From an uncultured Candidatus Sumerlaeota bacterium (GTDB taxonomy: Bacteria; CAYMEV01): 20,000 nt of DNA. Below the pieces are notes generated by a model. That model did no database searches. It was not told the DNA's origin and saw only the letters and a program-made list of their open reading frames with translations. The DNA is taken from NCBI GenBank assembly GCA_964389675.1, contig CAYMEV010000009.1, positions 108,310 to 128,309 on the forward strand, in the 5' to 3' direction. Below, in pieces: positions 8,102-15,334 of this stretch. Position 1 is the stretch's first letter, and the number at the start of each line of letters is the position of its first letter. A program made the translations under genes and the position numbers.

Positions 8102-9562
8102 CTATTCTCCTTTCTTATTATAAATTTGGTTTTTCAGGCTTTTGAACCTGTCTTTTCCGCAGGCAAGCCTGAGTGCTGAAAGATCCTTTGCTTTCAGTCT
8201 CTCTAATATTTCATTAGATAGATAACGTATTTCCCATTGGCTATGTTTATCAGACCTCAATCTGAAAAAATTATACAGTGACTTCATGTCGAACCTGCAC
8301 AGAACTCTTCTTGAGCTGCAGTTCAACATGAAATAATCCCTGTATAACGGATTGCAATCCTCAATATCATAATAAATATCCCTGAAGAGATTGACTGTAT
8401 CTAAAAACATCTCCCTGGAAGATTCCGATTCAATAAGGATAGACGGCAGTATAACCGGGTTTTCCCAACTGTAATCCTGTGCAATAATCATAGATTCCCT
8501 GTGCCTCTTGAGCTGGGCAAAACACGAAGCTGATACCAGAGCTTCAAATTCAACGGCAGCTGATTCAAATTCCCTGGGCATCATATGGTAAAAATCAATA
8601 TCCCTGAATATATCATCAAAAATAGAGGCCCTCTCTTCGCAGGTTATCTCAGTTGCCCATCTATAAGCCTCACTGTAGGGAATTGAAGATCTTTTGAACC
8701 GGTATGAAGCAAGTATCTTTGTGTCTATGTCCTCATACAATCTTATTTTTTCAACTGCAGGAAGAAACTGCTGTTTTAGGTTCTTTGACCTTTCCCCGCA
8801 TGGGGTTTTGATGCTGTCTGTGCTGGAGTGCTGGCAATATGCCCTGTCCGGGTCAGTGTATTTTATGACGCTTGGAGCAACTTCCCGGGTAATCCCAAGC
8901 AGCTTTCCGGACAGATCGTCCAGCTCATCAATTCCCTGAGAACATAAAAAAGAAATCAGGTATTCAAGGGCCCTGGCATTTATTGTCATCCCAACCTGGG
9001 ATTTAGTGCAAAGAGGCAGTATATACCTTGCATCTTCTTTAATCTTCTGCATAAGTACTTTTTGTTCCTGTTTTCTATATTGATCCTTTGTCCTTTCAAA
9101 AACATCATTGATTATGCCGCTGTAGCATTCATAGGCTTTCTGGAATGCAGCTTCAATACGCTTGATCAATCCTTTATCCCTTATTACAGATGGTATATAA
9201 AAATCCCTGCCAAATGTGACATATCTCTGGCTTTTTTCTGTAAATGATCCGTATTTCACACTCTCCAGGTATTCGAGTGCAAGCCGGCTTATGCCAAGAA
9301 TATCTATATTGAAGACAGAGTGTTCAGCTACCGATGAATGGCCAAAGTCAAAGATCAGTTTCTGATTAAGCTCCCTCGCCTTTTCAATATTCTTCAGTGC
9401 TTCTTTCCTTAGTTCAGGGATGGTCTTTGCAGATCTTGAGATCTTGGCATAGGCACTTGAGAAGACCTCAGGGGTGAATAAATGCCTATACTCTTCATCA
9501 CAACCGCCAAACAGCTCTCTGGCAACATTATATCCTGCTAATTTTACATCCAGTTTACACAT
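8102..9562 (-). CDS. thyX: FAD-dependent thymidylate synthase, tandem two-domain form
   Basis: Domain 1: GHSSVAEH, SFTEKSQRY, EDARYILP, TINARAL. Domain 2: QLKRHR, LRSDKHSQWEIR. At 486 aa it is about twice the length of a single ThyX. Confidence 0.92.
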   Translation of the reverse strand: MCKLDVKLAGYNVARELFGGCDEEYRHLFTPEVFSSAYAKISRSAKTIPELRKEALKNIEKARELNQKLIFDFGHSSVAEHSVFNIDILGISRLALEYLESVKYGSFTEKSQRYVTFGRDFYIPSVIRDKGLIKRIEAAFQKAYECYSGIINDVFERTKDQYRKQEQKVLMQKIKEDARYILPLCTKSQVGMTINARALEYLISFLCSQGIDELDDLSGKLLGITREVAPSVIKYTDPDRAYCQHSSTDSIKTPCGERSKNLKQQFLPAVEKIRLYEDIDTKILASYRFKRSSIPYSEAYRWATEITCEERASIFDDIFRDIDFYHMMPREFESAAVEFEALVSASCFAQLKRHRESMIIAQDYSWENPVILPSILIESESSREMFLDTVNLFRDIYYDIEDCNPLYRDYFMLNCSSRRVLCRFDMKSLYNFFRLRSDKHSQWEIRYLSNEILERLKAKDLSALRLACGKDRFKSLKNQIYNKKGE

Positions 9563-9580
9563 GGTTTTTTCTCTTAATGA

Positions 9581-9608
9581 TTTATAAGTGATGTATGATA
9601 AAAGTCAA
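9581..9608 (-). promoter_or_regulatory. Candidate promoter of the thyX-holA operon
   Basis: TTGACT (9608-9603), N16, TATAAA (9586-9581). Lies just downstream of a terminator and 18 nt before the thyX ATG. Confidence 0.5.
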
Positions 9609-9610
9609 AT

Positions 9611-9647
9611 ATAAAAAAAGGGCTATGCATAATTATGCATAGCCCTT
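9611..9647 (-). terminator. Rho-independent terminator of the lipoprotein gene
   Basis: Perfect 30-bp palindrome AAGGGCTATGCATAATTATGCATAGCCCTT (9618-9647), running into a U-tract on the minus strand, about 20 nt after the stop at 9670. Confidence 0.9.
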
Positions 9648-9669
9648 AAAGCCTATATGAAGCGCAGTG

Positions 9670-10326
9670 TTATTCCTGCGGTACTTCCTCTGTTTCTTCT
9701 TCAGGATCTGGTTTTTGAGTTCTTTCAGGGTATTCATCGACAAACTGCTTATTAATATTGTATTTTATAAGAGCTACCCCTTTGTTTTCATTAAGAGAGA
9801 TAAATACAAGCTTATCAGGATCCATCTCAATCATATACTTCATTATATAATAAGGTGTCTGATTCTCATCCAGCTTTTTCTCCAGTCCCCCTACAGGATT
9901 ACCGAGAACATACACTACATCCTGGTCTGTCATACCCTTAGCAATCCGCTGAATCTCCTCTTTGGTAACATCCCCCTTATCAAGGCATATCTTCTCCATC
10001 TCAAGAAGTTCATTATTCTTTTCATCATATTTCAGCCCCTGATGGACAAATTCAAGTGCCTGATCATATCTTCCGTTGTCAATCCAGCCCTTTGCAAGGT
10101 TCTTGAAACCGTCAACAAAAAGATTGACAGCTTTTTTGTAGGCAGAAAGCTCTTTCGGTGTTTTCTTTATGAAGCCTTCAAGCTCAGCCATGTATTTGGC
10201 CTGGTCTGTATTCTTCAGTACAGCTATCTTTTTTAGCTCTTCGTTAGCTTTATCTTCCTGTGACTGGCAGTTAAACATAAAAAATACCATGGACAGGACG
10301 ATAAATAAAACGGTAAATCTTTTCAT
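9670..10326 (-). CDS. Lipoprotein with a TPR-like segment and a SmpA/BamE-like domain
   Basis: Signal peptide MKRFTVLFIVLSMVFFMFN-C. TPR-like LAKGWIDNGRYDQALEFVHQGLKYDEKN. SmpA-like IAKGMTDQDVVYVLGNP. Acidic tail. ATG at 10326 is preferred over GTG at 10335 on SD (GAGGGG) spacing. Confidence 0.65.
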   Translation of the reverse strand: MKRFTVLFIVLSMVFFMFNCQSQEDKANEELKKIAVLKNTDQAKYMAELEGFIKKTPKELSAYKKAVNLFVDGFKNLAKGWIDNGRYDQALEFVHQGLKYDEKNNELLEMEKICLDKGDVTKEEIQRIAKGMTDQDVVYVLGNPVGGLEKKLDENQTPYYIMKYMIEMDPDKLVFISLNENKGVALIKYNINKQFVDEYPERTQKPDPEEETEEVPQE

Positions 10327-10375
10327 ATAATTCACCCCTCTATTAGGTTTTTTTTAATTCATATTCTTAAAGATA

Positions 10376-10403
10376 ACAATATCATAATTTTTATGCATGT
10401 CAA
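10376..10403 (-). promoter_or_regulatory. Candidate promoter of the lipoprotein gene
   Basis: TTGACA (10403-10398), N16, then TGa-extended TATTGT (10381-10376). Confidence 0.55.
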
Positions 10404-10450
10404 CCCAAAGATGTAATAAACAGGAATAGCTGATATAGTTATGAAATGCT

Positions 10451-10756
10451 TTATTCTGCTTTTTCAGTCTTGCTTTCTTTTTGCATTGTATCTTTGATCA
10501 GGGGAACTATCTTTCTTGATATTCTTGATTTTTTCCTTGCTACAGTGTTCTTGTGAAATATTCCCTTTGTAACTGCTTTGTCCAGGGACCTTATTGTGTC
10601 CCTGTAGTCTTCTAAAAGCTGTTCTTTATCCGTAGCTTCCGGATTCAGCATAAGCTTTTTTATCTTCGTTCTCACCGCAGTCCTGAACATCTTATTTCTC
10701 ATTCTTCTAACCTGACTCTGGTTAAAAGACTTTTTTGCTGATTTGCTATGAGCCAA
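10451..10756 (-). CDS. rpsT: 30S ribosomal protein S20
   Basis: MAHSKSAKK...RNK.FRTAVRTKIKK...LDKAVTKGIFHKNTVARKKSR. TTG start with strong SD GAGGAGG. Confidence 0.97.
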   Translation of the reverse strand: MAHSKSAKKSFNQSQVRRMRNKMFRTAVRTKIKKLMLNPEATDKEQLLEDYRDTIRSLDKAVTKGIFHKNTVARKKSRISRKIVPLIKDTMQKESKTEKAE

Positions 10757-10858
10757 TCCAATCTCCTCCTCAATAATATGTAATATTAAATTGTAATTTC
10801 ATTTCATATATGTTATATATTGCGATAGTCAAGAAAAAAACTGAATAAAAGATCCTGA

Positions 10859-11605
10859 ATGAAAAAATTTATTTTATTTTTAATCATATTAATTAATCTC
10901 CATATATATGGATATGGCCCCGATTTCTCAGTGAAAACAAGGATTATTGACACATATATCGCTGTCATGCCCCCCTTATTTTCATCTGTACTTGAGAAAA
11001 ACAAAAGTATAATAATTGAGTCTTTTACCAGTCAACTGTCAATGCTTGAGAATCAATACCCGGTAATAGATGAGGGTGCATATAATTCAATAATTAAAGT
11101 GCTTGAGGGTATAAAGAATGAACAAATCACAAAGATAAGAAAAAGGCCTAATTTCAAAGATATATCTAAAATATATGGCCTCCTTGCAGCATATTCATTC
11201 TACCTTAATAATCCCATAAGCTATCTTGATCTGGAGGATAAACACAAATCATTGCTTGCAGACCAGTATTACAGATTAATGAGCCATAACAACAGGAAAT
11301 TCAGGATATTCTTTTACGGGTTTTATAATGATGATGCTATTTTAGGCATAGAACTGCTGAAGGAATTCTCCGGAAAGCTTCTAAGATCATTTATGAAAGA
11401 TGATTACAGTATATACCCCTTCCTGCATTTTGACGAAAGGAGCATTCCTTTCGGAATTGTCCAGATGCATCTTAATTCCTCCTTCTCTTTTACTACAATG
11501 TATTGGTTCAGCATATGGAAGGACTCCGGAGGCTATATAAAAGACAGCCCTTACTATAATAAATCACCGGCTCAGACGGGGCACTTCCTCGCCATTATTG
11601 ACTGA
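10859..11605 (+). CDS. Secreted hypothetical protein, possibly a degenerate phospholipase C / S1-P1 nuclease fold
   Basis: Sec signal peptide MKKFILFLIILINLHIYG. Helical pattern with MPPLF, YGLLAAYSFYLNNP, FDERS..FG and W..IWKDSGG. The fold call is recalled similarity only. Confidence 0.5.
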   Translation: MKKFILFLIILINLHIYGYGPDFSVKTRIIDTYIAVMPPLFSSVLEKNKSIIIESFTSQLSMLENQYPVIDEGAYNSIIKVLEGIKNEQITKIRKRPNFKDISKIYGLLAAYSFYLNNPISYLDLEDKHKSLLADQYYRLMSHNNRKFRIFFYGFYNDDAILGIELLKEFSGKLLRSFMKDDYSIYPFLHFDERSIPFGIVQMHLNSSFSFTTMYWFSIWKDSGGYIKDSPYYNKSPAQTGHFLAIID

Positions 11606-13319
11606 AAAGCCCGGGATTCACCCTGTGTCCAGTTGCTTTTTCATAACCGTAAGCTACCTGAAGCAGAAGCCTCTCGTCGCCCTTTGAACCGACAAATGTC
11701 ACGCCTATTGGCTCCCCGTCGCCCTTATAGCCTGCTGGCACACATATGGCAGGATAGCCTGCAGCTGCATATATATATGACATATGATTGCTTAAAGAAA
11801 AAAGCAGGGTGAGGCCATTATCAGCCAGAAGATTGTCAATGACATCACCTGCAGCCTTCCTGTTTGATTCAGCAAGAGATTCAATCTCATCAGCTGTTGA
11901 ATTATTATTCTCAGATGCTGTTAGCAGCTCCTGTCCGAAAGGCATTCTTTCTTCAGGATTTTCAAGATTGAATTCAATAATCTGGGCAAGTGACCTGCAT
12001 TTCTGGCCTCTGGCAAGATTTTCCAGATAACTGTTAATACCGGATCTAAACTGATATTTAAATACAGACAGCACATCAAGCTTATCATAAATGGATTCAT
12101 CCATCTCAATAAAAAGTACCTCAGCTCCTGCCTTTTTAAGCTCACCAGCAATTCGAAGCTGTATAATCCCTTCACCTGTCCTGTAATAATACTGCCTCAT
12201 CAGATCATTCCCGACCAGTCCAAGGCGCATTCCTTTCAGTGGCTTGCCTGAAGGCTCTGACAATCTGTAGTCTGTCATGATTTCACTGCAGGAAGATGTA
12301 GCAGGGTCTGCCTTATCAATTCCTGCAATGACAGATAACATCAGTGCTGCATCCCTTACAGATGATGTTATAGGCCCTGCAGTATCCTGCGCCTCTGCAA
12401 TCGGGATAATGCAATCACGGCTTACAAGACCCAGTGATGGCTTTAATCCTATTACTGAGTTCTGGCTTGCCGGATATACTATTGACCCGGATGTCTCCGT
12501 TCCTAATGCCAAGGGAGACAATCCCATAGCTACAGCTGCTGCAGATCCTGAACTTGAACCACCAGCATCAAAACGGCCGTAGGGATTTACAGTCTGTCCT
12601 CCAAGGGATGAGAACCCATTTGAGGAATTCTCAGACATAAAATTTGCCCATTCGCTCAGGTTTGTTTTTGCAAGTATTATGCCTCCTGATTGTTTAATCC
12701 TGGATACAATAAATGCATCCCTTTTGCAAAAGCTGTTTTCCAGAGCTATTGCTCCTGCACTTGTCGGCTGGCTGTCTGAAGTACCTATATTGGCCTTGAT
12801 AACCACAGGAATACCAAAAATGGGGTATTTTCCCATCTCATCCCTTTTGCTGTCCCAATAACTTGCTTCTTCCAGAGAGTTTTTATTTACCGAGAGAATT
12901 ATATTCATTCCCCTTTCCTGTGATCTTCTCATCTTCAGGAGATAATAGGTTACCACATCGAGCACTGTTATTTCTTCAGAAAATTTCAGCTCAAATCTTT
13001 TAGAGAAAAAGGGAAACGGGCTTCTCCACACAATTCGGCCCTTAATTTCATTATCCCGGTAAAGATTCAAAATATCATGAGCATCTTTCCCATGAAAGAT
13101 ATGATCATAGATTTTCTCCTTCCTTTCTGCAAAATGGTCCAGTTCTTCTCCGCAGAAGCTGAAATCAGCCTGCTTAGCCTTAAAGGAAGATGCCTTTGGG
13201 GAATATTGAAGCATTACCTGTTCTGCAATCCATTTGTCTGCAATTCTTATTTCATCCCCAAGGACCAGACTTGAGATTATAAAGGATAAAATAAGGGTTA
13301 TAATATATGATTTTTTCAT
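11595..13319 (-). CDS. Amidase signature family protein, secreted
   Basis: Signal peptide. GIPVVIKANI (catalytic Lys), KTNLSEWAN, GGSSSGS and GTETSGSI (Ser-cisSer-Lys triad). SD AAGGAG. Confidence 0.93.
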   Translation of the reverse strand: MKKSYIITLILSFIISSLVLGDEIRIADKWIAEQVMLQYSPKASSFKAKQADFSFCGEELDHFAERKEKIYDHIFHGKDAHDILNLYRDNEIKGRIVWRSPFPFFSKRFELKFSEEITVLDVVTYYLLKMRRSQERGMNIILSVNKNSLEEASYWDSKRDEMGKYPIFGIPVVIKANIGTSDSQPTSAGAIALENSFCKRDAFIVSRIKQSGGIILAKTNLSEWANFMSENSSNGFSSLGGQTVNPYGRFDAGGSSSGSAAAVAMGLSPLALGTETSGSIVYPASQNSVIGLKPSLGLVSRDCIIPIAEAQDTAGPITSSVRDAALMLSVIAGIDKADPATSSCSEIMTDYRLSEPSGKPLKGMRLGLVGNDLMRQYYYRTGEGIIQLRIAGELKKAGAEVLFIEMDESIYDKLDVLSVFKYQFRSGINSYLENLARGQKCRSLAQIIEFNLENPEERMPFGQELLTASENNNSTADEIESLAESNRKAAGDVIDNLLADNGLTLLFSLSNHMSYIYAAAGYPAICVPAGYKGDGEPIGVTFVGSKGDERLLLQVAYGYEKATGHRVNPGLFSQ

Positions 13320-13357
13320 ATTCTTCTCCTTAAACCATTACTGATCTATTCAAATTG

Positions 13358-13386
13358 ATTATACAAAATCCCCTGTAAAGACACAA
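13358..13386 (-). promoter_or_regulatory. Candidate promoter of the amidase gene
   Basis: TTGTGT (13386-13381), N17, TATAAT (13363-13358). Confidence 0.5.
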
Positions 13387-13549
13387 TTTTTTTATCTTTA
13401 ATTCCTGTTAAATATTCTGTATTATAATTAAAATCATTATTTATTGCTTATTCTTTTGGCTTGACTATTATTTTTTTAAACCATTTGGATCAATATAATG
13501 TCATAAAATAAACAAAGATGATTGATTAAAATAAATAAAGGAGATTTCT

Positions 13550-14116
13550 ATGAAATACCGGATTTTGCTGACACTTTCTGTCTTATTGCTGATAACTGCT
13601 TTTTGGAGCTGCTCTACCATGCAGGAGCATCCTTCAGGAAAAAGGGTCGCCTTTGAAGTAGGGGCGATCGCTCCCAATTTTGAGGCAAAGGATCTTGATG
13701 GAAATATATATAATCTATGGGACCTTAATGGAAAAAAGGTCATACTGAGCTTCTGGGCTACCTACGATGCAAGATCAAGGCTTCAGCTTGATGATTTTCA
13801 GGAATTCTACAACAGAATGGATAAAGATAAGGCAGTACTCCTTGGCCTGACCTTCAAGGAACAGGAAGGCGATATAATCCCCCTGCTTCAGAGAAGACTG
13901 ATAAATTATCCAAATATAGTCGACAGGCATGGCCGAATTGGAAGATATTACGGAATTACAATAATAGAAAATGTTGATGAGTTTGGCCATCAGATAATTG
14001 ATCCGGATTCTGCAAGAAGCTTTCCAGTTACAGTCTTTATAAATGAGGACAGCACTATCGAGAAAATAATATCTGTGCAGATCAGCCCCCAGATGCTTAA
14101 TGAATTTGCAATGTAG
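13550..14116 (+). CDS. TlpA/ResA-like redoxin-fold lipoprotein lacking the CxxC motif
   Basis: Lipobox FWS-C. GAIAPNFEAKDLDG..GKKVILSFWATYDARSR, NYPNIVD and cis-Pro motif FPVTVFIN. SD AAGGAG. Confidence 0.85.
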   Translation: MKYRILLTLSVLLLITAFWSCSTMQEHPSGKRVAFEVGAIAPNFEAKDLDGNIYNLWDLNGKKVILSFWATYDARSRLQLDDFQEFYNRMDKDKAVLLGLTFKEQEGDIIPLLQRRLINYPNIVDRHGRIGRYYGITIIENVDEFGHQIIDPDSARSFPVTVFINEDSTIEKIISVQISPQMLNEFAM

Positions 14117-14195
14117 CATTAAAGCTGTTGCATCTTGACAGATTTTGCTTTCAGAAGGGGATAAATCAGAAATAGCAGGCTTTAAGAGATAAAAA

Positions 14196-15293
14196 CTATC
14201 TTTGCATTGATTCTACATAATCTGGAAACAGGTATTCAATCAGCTTAAAAAGAAGTCCGGCTGAATGGCTCTTGTCATCCTTGTCAAGCCGGTTGACATT
14301 GATAATTATTACTGCGTTTTTTAACGGCATATAAAACATCTCAGAAGAAAATCCAAATATTGTGCCGTTATGACCCCAGAAACCGCCTATATCAAGTATT
14401 CCAAGGCCATATCGTACCCATTCAGGGCTTTTGTCCATCGGCAATGCCTTCATTTGCTGTTCATGAGTTTCTGCTGTCAGCAGAGACCCGTCATAAAGCG
14501 CCTGGACAAAAATCCACATATCGCTCATACATGATATTACCGCACCACCTGTATGTGGCACTGAAGGATTAAGCTCAGTTACATCCCTGAAACTGTCATT
14601 TTCGAAAGAATATCCCCTGAGTGTGCCCGGGAGGGTATTTACAGTCGGGTATACTGTTTTCTCAAGCCGAAGTGCAGAAAATATATGCTCATCAAACTCT
14701 GATTCAATGGAATTTCCCGTCACCTTTTCAATAATAAGCCCAAGTATACTGTAGTTGACATTACTGTAGACAACCTTTTCACCAGGGGTAAAAAAGCTGT
14801 CTGATTTCATTCCGGACATTTCGACAGCTTCTGAAATCGAGAATTCCATATCAAGATCTTCATACCATTTTGAAAGGAACTCATGGTCGGCAAAATCTGT
14901 AATTCCTGAATTCATATTTAACAGCTGCCTTATCGTTATAATATCTGAGTTCGGAAATTCGGGCAGATATTCTGAAAGGCTGTCATCCAGGCAGATCAGC
15001 CCTTCATCATGCATCTGCAGAATTCTCAGGGCTGTAAATGTTTTTGAGATGCTTGCAATACGGAATGGCTGATTTATTTTGCGAATTATGTTATTGTCTA
15101 TATCAGCAAACCCGAAAGCTTTATGGTAGTTCATTTCTCCATTGATCCATATCAGCACTTCTGCACCCGGTATATTATTAGAATCTATATAAGTCTTTAT
15201 AATTTCATCTAAAGGATCCACATTGTCCCTTTTTTGCTTCTGGCATGAACACATCATAAGGAAAATAGAAAATATAATCAGTATATTTTTCAT
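14196..15293 (-). CDS. Serine hydrolase lipoprotein, beta-lactamase class C / D-peptidase family
   Basis: Lipobox MCS-C. FRIASISKT (SxxK), LLNMNSG, YSNVNY (YxN) and WGHNG. Confidence 0.92.
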   Translation of the reverse strand: MKNILIIFSIFLMMCSCQKQKRDNVDPLDEIIKTYIDSNNIPGAEVLIWINGEMNYHKAFGFADIDNNIIRKINQPFRIASISKTFTALRILQMHDEGLICLDDSLSEYLPEFPNSDIITIRQLLNMNSGITDFADHEFLSKWYEDLDMEFSISEAVEMSGMKSDSFFTPGEKVVYSNVNYSILGLIIEKVTGNSIESEFDEHIFSALRLEKTVYPTVNTLPGTLRGYSFENDSFRDVTELNPSVPHTGGAVISCMSDMWIFVQALYDGSLLTAETHEQQMKALPMDKSPEWVRYGLGILDIGGFWGHNGTIFGFSSEMFYMPLKNAVIIINVNRLDKDDKSHSAGLLFKLIEYLFPDYVESMQR

Positions 15294-15334
15294 TAACTGC
15301 CCCTTTCCGGCTTTTTTATCCGCTTCTATAACGT

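Noticed and set aside
9618-9647. Perfect 30-bp palindrome as a mobile-element end or CRISPR repeat
   Set aside because: It occurs once in the window, and its position and U-tract are fully explained by an intrinsic terminator.
13750-13785. Selenocysteine or recoding as the explanation for the missing CxxC in the TlpA-like gene (also checked in the nuoF frame)
   Set aside because: The codons are GAT and TCA, and no in-frame TGA occurs.
14196-15293. AmpC beta-lactamase resistance gene
   Set aside because: It has HNG instead of KTG and is a generic serine hydrolase. Antibiotic activity cannot be inferred.
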